A stretch of 63,948 nt of DNA, filler included, from Globobulimina sp. (lineage: Eukaryota), in NCBI GenBank assembly GCA_003354225.1. It is 21 parts of 21 records of this genome, joined end to end, with 100 filler letters (N's around TTAATTAATTAA, not from the genome) between each part and the next. Parts side by side here need not be neighbours in the genome. Positions count along the whole stretch, not along the records: positions 24,413 to 27,362 come from PIVH01004257.1; positions 27,463 to 30,412 come from PIVH01004258.1; positions 30,513 to 33,462 come from PIVH01004259.1; positions 33,563 to 36,512 come from PIVH01004260.1; positions 36,613 to 39,562 come from PIVH01004261.1; 16 more parts are not named here. The stretch is one strand, 5' to 3'. The number at the start of each line of letters is the position of its first letter. Position 1 is the first letter of the stretch. A model generated the notes under the pieces. That model did no database searches and was not told the DNA's origin. It saw nothing but the letters and a program-made list of their open reading frames with translations. Positions 25,285 through 37,004 of the stretch are shown piece by piece. Both the position numbers and the translations under genes were made by a program.

Positions 25285-26334
25285 ATGTTTAAAATGTTTT
25301 TTAGCCAAAACTCTCGAAAGTTGTTAGATAATTACATGGAAGAACTTCAAATTAGTTGGACACTTGCAATTGATGGCAATTGTGAACAACATATATGGGG
25401 AAATGCCGAATGGGTATCAGCAATAACCGCAATATGTATATCATTATTAGGCTTATATGGGTTATTACGCTCTCAATTTTTAACCCCAATGTGGAAAATT
25501 ATGTGGTGGATGTTTATAATAAACGGGATTGCCTCAGTCATGTACCATTCTACGTTGCAAGTTGGCTGGGATTTGCTTGACTCAATGACAATGATAATAG
25601 CTATTATTTTAGCGTCATATAAAACGTCTCATGTCGTTATTCTTGCCAATTATAAACATTTTGCTGCAAATTATTATTCGTATCAATCATATATTGTAAT
25701 AAGCACAATCAATGACATAATCCATTTAGTGACATTACTAATATTTTTAGTATGCGATGCTTTATCAGAAAAATCAATTTGTTCAGTTGCAATGGTACCG
25801 TTTTCATTATCCATTTTTTGTCAGTTAATGGTGGCTATCAAATGTGTATACAAAGATATCTCTGAACAGCTGACGATTACAATTAAATATTTTGTTCATT
25901 CCGTAGTGTTGGTGCTAATGGCTGCCGTCATACGATTTACTGCAGAAATAGGCTGCCATTATCACGCCATTTTTTTGTATTCTTTTGGCCATGCTCTATG
26001 GCACATTGTCTGTGCATTGGGATTGTATAAATTAATGATAACAATGATGTATTTTGATGCATTGAATGCGCGATGTGATCCATACTGGCCGCGGGATCAA
26101 AATATTTTTTGCCCTGTTTTGAGTATCAAATCATTTAATTTAATCTCTATTTTACCATATAAACTTAGAATAGAATCTGAATGTACTGATAAAAAAATGT
26201 TGGAAAAATATGTGTCTAAATCTCTGCCAAATCTTTATTCAAATTTTAGATCGAATGCTCGAGTATCACCAAACATTACGATGCCTTATACAAATTGTGT
26301 CGAGTATCACCAAATAATACAAATTACTGAGTGA
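25285..26334 (+). CDS. Alkaline ceramidase-like (CREST) membrane hydrolase
   Basis: NCE..AEW, GIASVMYHSTL...LLD, GHALWH motifs; 7 TM. Confidence 0.85.
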   Translation: MFKMFFSQNSRKLLDNYMEELQISWTLAIDGNCEQHIWGNAEWVSAITAICISLLGLYGLLRSQFLTPMWKIMWWMFIINGIASVMYHSTLQVGWDLLDSMTMIIAIILASYKTSHVVILANYKHFAANYYSYQSYIVISTINDIIHLVTLLIFLVCDALSEKSICSVAMVPFSLSIFCQLMVAIKCVYKDISEQLTITIKYFVHSVVLVLMAAVIRFTAEIGCHYHAIFLYSFGHALWHIVCALGLYKLMITMMYFDALNARCDPYWPRDQNIFCPVLSIKSFNLISILPYKLRIESECTDKKMLEKYVSKSLPNLYSNFRSNARVSPNITMPYTNCVEYHQIIQITE

Positions 26335-27655
26335 TATATATTTATATTTTTCGGGATATGTCATTCTTTAAACTTTGTCAGTCGAAGAAATTTAGTGCCC
26401 TTATTTTGTGTTGTGTTTGTGTTTCTATTTAGTGTGTGAGTGCTTGGAGTGTTTCTGATGTTAATCAGTAAAAACGTTCCTTCAAACGCTTCATGTTTTC
26501 GGCTTTATTAATACTATTTGTTTCTTTTTTAATGTGTAACGGGGAGGTGCTTTTTATGCGTTGCCCTGGCCTCGCTCTGTTATATTATTATTTTAATTTA
26601 TTGGTTATTTCCATCAACATCTAAAAACACATTCACATTCATCAACATTTCAGTGGATTCCAAAAAATCCAAATACCTCTTATATAAAGAGGTTTAGAGA
26701 GAGCAAACAAACCAGCACTATAATCTTGTGCTATTTTTATCATATAATATTATATATATGGCGCATTGTTTTAATACCGGTGTAGTGCTGTCCGCTATCT
26801 CCAGTATACAATTAAAGGCTGATTTTGTGTATACAGTCTCGTTTGTATATTGGTAGACGTGCGTTTGCCTATTGTAGTGAATTTGAAACAAGTTTCAAAT
26901 GCCAAATTCCATAATAGTAAAATTCAACACCAATGCCATAATGTTATACTAGATTTTAATTTTTTTTGTTTATTGATATTATATACTGCTATAAAACCAT
27001 CATTGACTTTCCATATTAATAACTGCTAAATAGCAACATTATATTAATTAACCGCATCCATTACTGAGTTTTTTGTTTTTTGTTGTTGTTATTTATTAGT
27101 TATTATTAACGTTGTTGTGTCTTTCCGAAACGTTGTTGTGTTTGTACGAATTCGAATGATTGAACACGAAGGAGATGCGTACGTTTTCAAAATGTGTTGA
27201 AAAATACCTCTTCATCATACCAAAATTATTGTGATCAGATCCTACTGCGGAGTGGGACATTTTTTGATGAAAAGTTTCCCAAATCCGAAGACTAAGGGCA
27301 ACTCCCTCCATACAAACAGCCACAGCCACAGACACAACCAAATCCTCCCAAACCTCCTCAGANNNNNNNNNNNNNNNNNNNNNNNNNNNNNNNNNNNNNN
27401 NNNNNNTTAATTAATTAANNNNNNNNNNNNNNNNNNNNNNNNNNNNNNNNNNNNNNNNNNNNTATGACTATGTGAAGGTAGATGCTAGAGTTTCCCACGT
27501 GCATTAATTTAATTTTTGAGCTAAATATGCTCGCTCTGATTGCATCATTTTTTGCACTTTCTCTCAATATTTGATTTTTGGTCATGGATTGTTTCTTCAA
27601 GACTTGCCATTATATTATCTCTTAAAGTTGTAGCAGTAGTTATACAAATCCACAA

Positions 27656-27864
27656 TTAACTTTTTTGGCTTAGTTTCGTTTCATTTCAACGATTAGCAAA
27701 GTTTTTTGGTTAGCTAAAGTGGTTTTCAACCTAGTATTCGAAGTTAACCTAGTATTCGATGACCTAGGTCAACTTCGAATGCTAGGTTCAAAACCACTCT
27801 ACCTAACCAAAAACTTTTCTAATCGTTGAAATGAAACGAAACGAAACTAAGCCAAAAAAGTTAA
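27656..27864. mobile_element. Palindromic MITE-like element with TTAA flanks
   Basis: TTAA-CTTTTTTGGCTTAGTTTCGTTTC ... GAAACGAAACTAAGCCAAAAAAG-TTAA; nearly the whole 201 bp is an imperfect inverted repeat. Confidence 0.75.
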
Positions 27865-28136
27865 ATGTCTTCTGACAATTAGCAGAATTTTAATAAGCGT
27901 TCAAAGGATGCTCCAGTGAGTTTAAATGAACTTGGAACAAAAAAATATATTAAAAAATATATGACTTTTAACAAATGTAAGCATACAAAAATGAGACAAA
28001 TAATATAAACAATCGCACAGAAATCAATCATATTTTTTGCCTTCCATTTGCCACCGCATATATAGGTTTATACGGTTGTTGATTTGGATCAATTTCCATA
28101 TCTTTAACATTCAATTCCGTCATATCTTCAATTGTA

Positions 28137-30060
28137 TCAATACCAATCTCTAAAATTTAATTGTATCAATACTTCAATTGTATCACTACTTTTTACTTCT
28201 TTAAATTTATCTCCTTCCCTTCCATTCAAATTCATTCCAACAACAATTTCCTGTTTTATATTCCTCGCAGCCTCATCATCATCATTCAAAATAAGCGCAT
28301 CAACAATGTCAACAATCTTAATCGTACCCATATCATCTTGTAAATTTTGCATCGTCTCAAAAAACAACATCGCATCTTCCATTACGTCATCATAACCACT
28401 CACAATATTCATGCAAGCCGACGCAAAATCTGCCATATCCAATCTCCCTTCGCCATAAACATCCATCTCCCTCAATATAACAATCAGCTTCTCCTTCAGC
28501 TCAATCTCATACGCTTCCAACTTAAAATCGTGTCTTTCTTTCAAATCCGACAACATTTTATCATCTAAAATCGCCAACGGATCGACCACTGAAAACGTCT
28601 GTAGATGCATGCTTTGATACGGATTGATATTAACATATTGTAACTGCGCCGCCGCACCATTGTCCTCATCATACTCATCGCCATACTCATCATATTCGTT
28701 CAGCATAAAAGTATAATCAATGTTGGACAACGTACTGATTACATCGCTCACGCCGTCATCAAAGGACTCCATCACATTATGCATCGCCACATTGGCGGCC
28801 CAAGCCGGCGAAAGTAGCTTCAATGTCGGATTCAATGTGGTCGTCTCAAACCGTTTATGATTTCTGCGCTTATTTCGCAACTGTATACGGTTTGTATTCG
28901 TTTTATTTGCGGAAGTATAGGTTCTAAAATGCGTAGTGCTGCGCGTGCGGGCACTGACGGGCCGTGGTCGGGTCTGTGGATGTGGAGTCACAAAATTGTT
29001 ATACATAGCTGGGGGTGTATTGAATTGAGGATTGGCAGTCATTTTCTCCTTCAATGCGGTGACTGAATAGCTCTGATGTCGTGAATGGTTTTTGTTGTTG
29101 CCGTGGCCAAATGTGATAGTTTTCGGTCTGGGTCGGGTAAACAGCGACATTTCTAATTCTTGCGCAGTTAAGGAGATGTTTGGAATAATGTGTGGATGCG
29201 TACGCGGACTGAGTGAGGCCTTCGGTGTGCCATAGTCGTGAGGTTCGGGCGTTGGCGGTGTTTGCGGCATTTTGTTGTGGTTTGGAGCGGATAACGTTGC
29301 TTCTTGGAAGCATACTTTTTTATAATCACTGTATTGTTGCTGTTCTGTTAAGTAATTTAATTCTTGATACATATGATATATTTCTGACGACGCGAATTCC
29401 AACGATTTGCATACTTTCTTGCACATTTTTTGCGACTCTGCATGTTCTGCCAATATGTCTTTGCATATTGTCTTTACTTTTGTTTTTTCGACTGCATTTT
29501 TTTTGATATTGGATAATGAGTTTTGTATTTCTGATATTTTGCTGTTTATGCTATCGCAGTTATTGTCATTCTGTAAATGCTGTGTAAATTGAGTTAGATC
29601 TCGATTTGTTTGTTGATGGGAGCTAAAACAACGTTTTTTTAATAAAATTGATAGTTTTTCATGGTTTTGGAATTTTGATTGTAAATCAAAAAATTCTTTC
29701 GATTGCAATTTTGCTGCATTTAATCGTAATTCATATTCTTTTATTTTTGCAGTGTATTCGTAGTTTTCAGTTTGCATTTTACTCATTTCAGCCTGTAATG
29801 ATTTAATTGTTTTGTTCAATTCTTCCCGCTCACATTCTATGACCATTCCTGATGACGAGCTGGAAGTACGTGACAACGGCAACGCTGCCGATGTACTGTA
29901 GGTGCTATAATTTGACGTTATAACTGTTCCGTTACTGTTGAATTTATCAAAAGAAGGCCGGATGCCATCAATGGTATTAATAATTCCATCATCGGAGGCA
30001 ACATCGTCATCTTCCTCATGTATAATAACACTGCCTTGTGCTGCTAATGTTATATTAGCC
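28137..30060 (-). CDS. Hypothetical coiled-coil protein, possible degenerate EF-hands at the C-terminus
   Basis: 581-aa or longer ORF; N-terminal coiled coil; DVYGEGRLDMADF loop. Confidence 0.55.
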
Positions 30061-30512
30061 TTTTGTTTAAATACAAAGCTTAAATACTATATAAGTGTAC
30101 ATATATTTTAGCAGCGCACAAATATAGTATTTAAGGTGTTGGATAATGGACGTTTTCAACAAATGATAAATTTTATATGTTTGCACTTAATAAAATTTGT
30201 ACTTGTTTCTGTTGCACATAATATGCAGAAACAGAAACATATACTAAATCCAATTCCGTACTAATCCTAAATGAAAATAAAAAAATAGTCACACCACATT
30301 ATGATTGATTGTTTCTGTGAGTCCAACATTGCTGCTCTGAGCATTGTTAATCTGTTCACTTAAATTCTGATACATATCATTCAACCACGCACCAACAGAA
30401 TCATACTCCGACNNNNNNNNNNNNNNNNNNNNNNNNNNNNNNNNNNNNNNNNNNNNTTAATTAATTAANNNNNNNNNNNNNNNNNNNNNNNNNNNNNNNN
30501 NNNNNNNNNNNN

Positions 30513-31066
30513 GACACGATCATTGTCTGGGAAATAACCACGCGGCCTCCAGACGGAGCGATCATGAAACAATTTGTTAATCGGAGCGTCGCTCCAGATA
30601 TGCCAGCAGTGGCTGGTAATAACCATAAGGTTGATTTATATTTATCCGCATCGTCCATGTCATCCGACCATGAACTGAATGAGTAATAACATAAATCGTT
30701 GGTGTCATCTAAGCACGTCGCCTCCCACGCATTTAACAGCAACACGCTGACCACACTCCATATTAACCAGCCCGTGAATGCCAATAATAAATTACCAATG
30801 GAAATAACTAAATTTTTGATGGCTATTTTTTGGCCATATAGCTTCCAAAATTTTGTAGCATTTTCATCTACCGACCAATATGAAAGATGGTTGGTGTAAC
30901 AAAAGGGTGCTGGTAATTTTTTGTAACACCCAAAGCCCGATCCTTCTGGTTCTTTGCATTCTGCATCGTATTCGCTGACAGGTTTTGTTACTTCCTTTTG
31001 AGGTTCAACAAGAGTAACAAACGCTGGATTTTCTTTTTGTTTTTCATCTGTCATAGCATCCTTCAT
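30513..31066 (-). CDS. narK: NarK/NarU-type nitrate/nitrite porter (MFS), 5' part
   Basis: WSVDENATKFWKLYGQKIAIKNLVISIGNLLLAFTGWLIWS and LPATAGISGATLRL...GGR closely parallel the bacterial NarK N-terminus. Confidence 0.85.
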
Positions 31067-31352
31067 GTTCTGATGACTGAGTAGCTCACTTCAACAAGAA
31101 AATCAAACACGGAAATATTACTTCTTAAAAACCTCTTTTTAGTTTTTACACAGGACGTTTCTAAACAGCCCCAATCCTCAGAACCGTCAAAAGAGGCACA
31201 GCTGTAAAAATAGCAAATAGTATTTATTCTTCAAAAATAGCAAATAAAAAATTTTCGTTTGTGAACAACATAAAAAATCTCAACATACAATAGTAAAAAA
31301 CGCGAACAACAAAAAGCTTATATAAGTACAATATTATAAGAGAATTCTGTGC

Positions 31353-33146
31353 TTACATTGAATTTAAGTTCTTTGTATCAATATTTTGTGTGGTTGTTAC
31401 GGATTTCAGATCATAGCAAGCCTCCATATTTTGATTGGAATTATGCAATTCACGATTTGTAAATTGTATCATTAGAGCACAAAAGGAGCAGATCATTACA
31501 ACAATACCCAACACCAACCATGAATATTGTTCATCGTAATCGCTATAATTCCATGGCAAAAATATAATGAAAATAAAAAAAGCTGCGCCGGCATTGCCTC
31601 CGCTACCAACAATACCTATGACATGTCCAACTGATTTTGGTTGGATAAAAGCTACGATACTAAACGTAGCACCTTCCGCCATCTGGATACATACAGAAAA
31701 TAACATTGATAGTACAATGCATGCGGCCAACGATAAATGCCCCAACGCACCAAATAAAATAATAAAAATTGACTCTGAAAACAAAATAATAAATAAGATT
31801 TTTGCTCTCTTTACGATTGTATATTTATCACATAAATAACCACCAAATGGCCTTGCCACTAAGTTAATGCTGCTCCAAATCATCACAATTAGACCAGAAT
31901 TGATTTCATTTAAACCAAACTCTACTTGGAAATAATGTGCAGCCACCAAATAAAATGTAATTTCCACACCAAAAGAAGCAGCATAACAAGCAAATAAAAC
32001 CCATGTTCTGTAGTCATAAAATGCGTCTTCAAAATAGCCGCCAACGTTTATTCTAATACCACTGCCGGCACTGCGGTTTGGCTGGTCTGTTTTCAGCGGT
32101 TCGATTAATGGAATAGACGCTTGCGGATCCACTGCGGCATCGTCTTGCGTGCAGAAATAGTAAACAAAACATAACAGAAATAAAATAAATACGACACCAA
32201 TCAAAAACCATCTCCATGATATTCCTATTTGGTATATCATTAATGGAGCTACATAATTAACCACACCGCCACCAAAATTACCAAATCCTGCCGTCACTGC
32301 TTGTGCGGATCCCAAAATTTTGCCTGTTCGGAAATATATTAACTAGCTATGTAGCGGCGTTTGATCCGAAATGAAATTCGATCGTTTATAGCAATCTCAA
32401 TTATCGCACAATAATATGTTACATAGCAAACACAGAAACAATATAATTTATATACAATGAAGTATAGTTATTTCATCATCGCACCATATCATAATATGGA
32501 GAGATAACATTTTGACATCGAATATTATGATATGATGTGATGAAACAACATGGTACATTTTTTTGGTTGACAATAATTGAGATTGCAATGTGTAATGTGT
32601 AGAAACACTCTAATTAATATTTTTCGAACGTTAACCTGCAAACAGTCGAGTGGTGTGATACTGTGTTATTACGAAGGACGCGCCTGCAATGCCTAAAAAT
32701 ATATGACAAATAATGTAACCGACAGCGGTTTGAACCAATGACAACGCGATTAATGCGATCATGGTACAGACTAAAACCACAATGTAGCTGACTCGGGATC
32801 CAAATTTGGGGCATAATTCTGCGATTATTATACGAAATAAAATTGTTGATGTTACGGATAATGACAATGCTAACTGTTGTTGAGGCAGTGTCAAAGGGAA
32901 ATCGTCAGAAACTTCCCTGAATATGTTTGTGGTGCAAAACCATGCAAAAAAGCACCACAAAAATGTGAACCAAGTTACATGGAATGAGCGAATTGGGATG
33001 GAATTGCATGCAAACATTGTTAATGTGTCTGCTTGTTCTGGTAAAGATAGTTGCGGCACTGGTGTTTCGTCATCACCATCTTCTTTGATATCCAAGTTTC
33101 TTGCATTTGCATCGACGCCATCTGCTTTTCTTTTACTAGACTTCAT
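31353..33146 (-). CDS. NRT2: NRT2-type high-affinity nitrate transporter; intron 32324-32635
   Basis: RSFHVTWFTF, GASFVITQYH..FAG|KILGSAQAVTAGFGNFGGG, YAASFGVE, ARPFGGYLCD, AEGATF, GIVGSGGNAG. Confidence 0.92.
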
Positions 33147-33167
33147 CGAGCACTTTTTCAGTGAAAA

Positions 33168-33462
33168 ATGTTCTTAATATTACTCGCTTCATTCATCTGT
33201 ACACGTTCAAGGAGTTATGCATATAAAAACGATATATTCCATCATTTCCCTCCATCCGTGTTAAATGATGGCTTGACTGACGAAGCATTGTCGATTCAGT
33301 TTACAATTTCGTGGGAAACCTGGATGAATGCAAATATATGGTTACCAGATTGGGATTTAAAATCTAATCCCTCTCAAGCCTCCTTTTCATCACTTCGCTA
33401 TCAATTGGGCTTTGCAACGTATTCTGTAGCATCTGCATGTTCTGCGACACCGGCGTACCGAC
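33168..33462 (+). CDS. Hypothetical secreted protein (5' part)
   Basis: Hydrophobic N-terminus; ORF open to the contig end. Confidence 0.4.
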
Positions 33463-33562
33463 NNNNNNNNNNNNNNNNNNNNNNNNNNNNNNNNNNNNNN
33501 NNNNNNTTAATTAATTAANNNNNNNNNNNNNNNNNNNNNNNNNNNNNNNNNNNNNNNNNNNN

Positions 33563-33990
33563 AACAAAATGACAAATATATTGAACCAGAAATCGAAGAT
33601 GGATAAAATTGCTGCGATTTGGACACGAAAGCCTCGACAACATCTTTGAACGAAGGATTTGTTTAAAAAGTTCTCGCGACGATAGGTGGTGTTATCAATG
33701 ACAATGTCTGTTATTTGTGGGCTTGGCGAGGAGCTCATACTGGTTTGTTTGATGGAATCCTGTGGGATATGGTGTTTTGCATATTTTGGAGCGTTTTTTT
33801 TGTTTTTAATATTGGTGTTGTCCACAGATGCTCTTATATTCAACTCCAAAAATGTTGGTGCCGCCATGTTGTCTAATTGTTCTTGTGCGTGTTCAAATTC
33901 TTCTTGCTCTTCTTGGTCATATTCATCTGATATTTCTGGGTCGTACTGCTCATCTTCTTTTTGGAAAGAAGGTGTTTCTTCAATGGACAT
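33563..33990 (-). CDS. Hypothetical membrane protein (5' part)
   Basis: Acidic N-terminus leading into a TM segment at the contig end. Confidence 0.45.
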
Positions 33991-34126
33991 TGTTACACAG
34001 CTTAGTGGAGCTTTTAGCAAGAAGAATACTAAAATAGTTTTTTTCTGATACAAAAAGTAACAGCAATGACCACTGGATTATTATATCATTTCTATTCATT
34101 CGTGTTAAAATCAGAACATTTGCGTG

Positions 34127-36211
34127 CTATTCATTGTTGAAATGAGCATTTTTAGGTTTACAGTGTGTTTGATTCCGCTTGGATCGATACCACATAAAAC
34201 AAGTAGCACCGACTGTTAATATCACAGTGGAAGCAACCAACAGTGTCTGTTTATTCATTCTATCTCGCATCCAATTGAAATAATTATAATCCAATTCCTT
34301 AACCATATACGTTGCATCTAATTTATATCCCAACTTTGCATAATATGCTCTTGTTCCAATACCCGCAATGACTGCAATTCTTTTGTATCCCTTACTTGCC
34401 GCAATGCTCTCTGCTGTTCGCATTAACTTTGTACCAAATCCATAATGCTGTGCATATAAATCATGTTTCTTTTTTGTATTAATATTATCCCTCAATTTTT
34501 CCATTTTTTTCTTATCGCCAACTTTAACCATTTGTCCATAAACATGCAACTCCCGAATCAGTGCAGCACCTTCCAACTCCGGAAAGGTTCCATAAATCTC
34601 TTTAAATTCATCCTCATATTCAACATTAATACATTGTGGCAATCTCAATCGAAGAAAGCCATAAATATATTCTTCATCTCTCCTCTCGTACGACAGAAAT
34701 ATTTCGGTCCCACCACTCGATTTATACTCCCTTTCTTTCAAAACAATTTCCGAATTATATTCATCCATTTTCTTCTCTGCATCACTTCTCATATCAATCT
34801 CAATCTTTTTTTCACGTTTCCCTCTCTTTTTTTTCTTTTTCTTTTTCTTTCGATCCACAATATTTTCATTTGCATCTCTAAAAAATGCACCAATCTCTCT
34901 GCAACGAATACATTTGCATTTCAACCCCCTTTCTTTCATTTTCTTCAACAAAACTTGTCGCAAATTAGTCACCGGGTTCCCCGCAGATATGTAATGTTCA
35001 GGAATATCTCGGATGACTCTGTTCAGCCGAATCCATGGATGGACTTTGCATTTGATCCATATCATTAACTCCACCAAATCAGCGGCAGCATATGGCACAT
35101 ACTCACCGGCCTCATTCCATTTCTTTATCACTGTCCATGGCACTGTCTGACACGGATACAATTTCCATTGATCAGCTTGCATGTCCTCGCTATGCAGCAC
35201 ATAATTTATCATTTTCCGGTCCAACGCTGGTGTGGAACCCGGCAGATCTGGCATTAAATGGAAATCTATTTTGAATGCGCAGTTTTTCAATAACCGCACA
35301 GCGCGGATCGCGTCTTCGTTGCAGCAGCCTCGATTTATCTTATCCAGAATCGCATTGTTTGTGTGTTGGATGCCAATTTGTAAACGCGTACAACCATAAC
35401 CTCGCATGCGCTGAATCTCAGAAACAGTGATTGTATCCGGTCTCGTTTCCAGAGTGAGTCCAATAATGCGACATTTTGCCAGCTCGTTCAACTTTTGCTC
35501 CTCCAACAGAGCGAATGCTGTTCGTTTCTGTTTGAATGTAGCAAAACCATCACAAAAAGTGTTGGCGCTCCAATAAATATCACGGATAAATTGCTGTTGA
35601 TATGGTATGGGATATTGCGTCCAGGTTCCGCCTAGAATTAAGATCTCGATTTTGTCCACGGGATGGCCCAAATTACGCAACGTCTTTGCACGCGAATAAA
35701 ATTGGTCAATGGCGTCCCATTCGTGTCTGTGTCCGCGACGTACGCCGGGCTCGTCTGACAAATAACTGCGTGGCATGTCGGGCTCATTTGGACAATAATA
35801 ACAATTGTGTTTGCAGGAAAAACGTTGCGTTTTTATTTTCTTGGTTATAGGGTCAATGTATTGAGGATAGGGCGAGGTGAAAATAGTGATTACTAAGACA
35901 CCGGATAATGAACGCACGCCTTTACGAATAAGGTAGCGTTGCAAGGATTCATTTGCGGGGATTTCATTTTGTAATAATAAGTGTTGATACATGACCTTTA
36001 ATTGAGCTTTGCGTGGAACCATTTTGTATTTCTTACGCAAGAGTAGTTGAGCTTGGGTCCAGTCTTTGGCTGACTCACAGTCTGTGTGCTGCACTAAATC
36101 ACGAACAAAATTTTCCATTTTCTCACGTTGCTCCATTGGTATTAATTCTGTTTTTTTTTGCCATTCGTTGCTTCCGCCTAAGTTATGCTCTTTTGTGATA
36201 GGGGAACACAT
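34127..36211 (-). CDS. ELP3: Elp3-family radical SAM/KAT tRNA-modifying enzyme with C-terminal TM anchor
   Basis: CKHNCYYC, ILGGTW, GLTLETRPD, HLMPDLPG, IRELHVYG, QHYGFGTKLM, IAGIGTRAYYAKLGY; TM LLVASTVILTVGATCFMWY. Confidence 0.93.
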   Translation of the reverse strand: MCSPITKEHNLGGSNEWQKKTELIPMEQREKMENFVRDLVQHTDCESAKDWTQAQLLLRKKYKMVPRKAQLKVMYQHLLLQNEIPANESLQRYLIRKGVRSLSGVLVITIFTSPYPQYIDPITKKIKTQRFSCKHNCYYCPNEPDMPRSYLSDEPGVRRGHRHEWDAIDQFYSRAKTLRNLGHPVDKIEILILGGTWTQYPIPYQQQFIRDIYWSANTFCDGFATFKQKRTAFALLEEQKLNELAKCRIIGLTLETRPDTITVSEIQRMRGYGCTRLQIGIQHTNNAILDKINRGCCNEDAIRAVRLLKNCAFKIDFHLMPDLPGSTPALDRKMINYVLHSEDMQADQWKLYPCQTVPWTVIKKWNEAGEYVPYAAADLVELMIWIKCKVHPWIRLNRVIRDIPEHYISAGNPVTNLRQVLLKKMKERGLKCKCIRCREIGAFFRDANENIVDRKKKKKKKKRGKREKKIEIDMRSDAEKKMDEYNSEIVLKEREYKSSGGTEIFLSYERRDEEYIYGFLRLRLPQCINVEYEDEFKEIYGTFPELEGAALIRELHVYGQMVKVGDKKKMEKLRDNINTKKKHDLYAQHYGFGTKLMRTAESIAASKGYKRIAVIAGIGTRAYYAKLGYKLDATYMVKELDYNYFNWMRDRMNKQTLLVASTVILTVGATCFMWYRSKRNQTHCKPKNAHFNNE

Positions 36212-37004
36212 AGTAAGATGGTGTTGTTCTCACGAGAGGATGGTTGGATGTAAGCTACTGTTTTTTTGGATTGCGGTCCAGAGGACCCTGATGAAGATGA
36301 GTATCCATTATCAGTAACGAATGATGTCGGTGCAAATCAGCAGCAAGAATTAGAAATTGCAATCACACAGAACCATGCTGTTGAAGAAAAGGAAAAAGCC
36401 CAACCAAATATTAGCAATGCAGGTACCTTGAATGATACAGTCTCGTGTATTTCAGACTGTATTCATTGTCAGTGACGACAATGTGGGTGTTGCTGTAACA
36501 ATCCGAAGATTCNNNNNNNNNNNNNNNNNNNNNNNNNNNNNNNNNNNNNNNNNNNNTTAATTAATTAANNNNNNNNNNNNNNNNNNNNNNNNNNNNNNNN
36601 NNNNNNNNNNNNCTGAAAGATAGCTCCGTTCTTAGTAATATTTGCGCAAAATAAAAAGTGTAATATATCCATGGTAGTATCTTTGGTGCGTACGCCATGA
36701 CGGCACAACTCATTGTATGCTTTGAACGCGAGGTTAGCGGATCGATTAACAGTCTGAATAAATCATTGGCAGAGAAATCGCAAATTCTAAGAGTGGGTGC
36801 TGAGCAGAATGTTCTCCAACACAGATTACTACCATGGTGCTTAAGTAGAAACACTTCAAATCAAATAATAATAAAATAGCAAGACAAAAAATATATAGGA
36901 TGTTGACACGATATTATTTTATATATAAAAATATTAGAAATACATCATAATTTTACATAAATATGACATGGTTGAATTGAAATGGAACACAAATTGTATA
37001 AGAA

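Noticed and set aside
26340-27362. Possible ncRNA or rRNA in a long non-coding stretch
   Set aside because: No recognisable rRNA, tRNA or snRNA motif; likely intergenic or UTR
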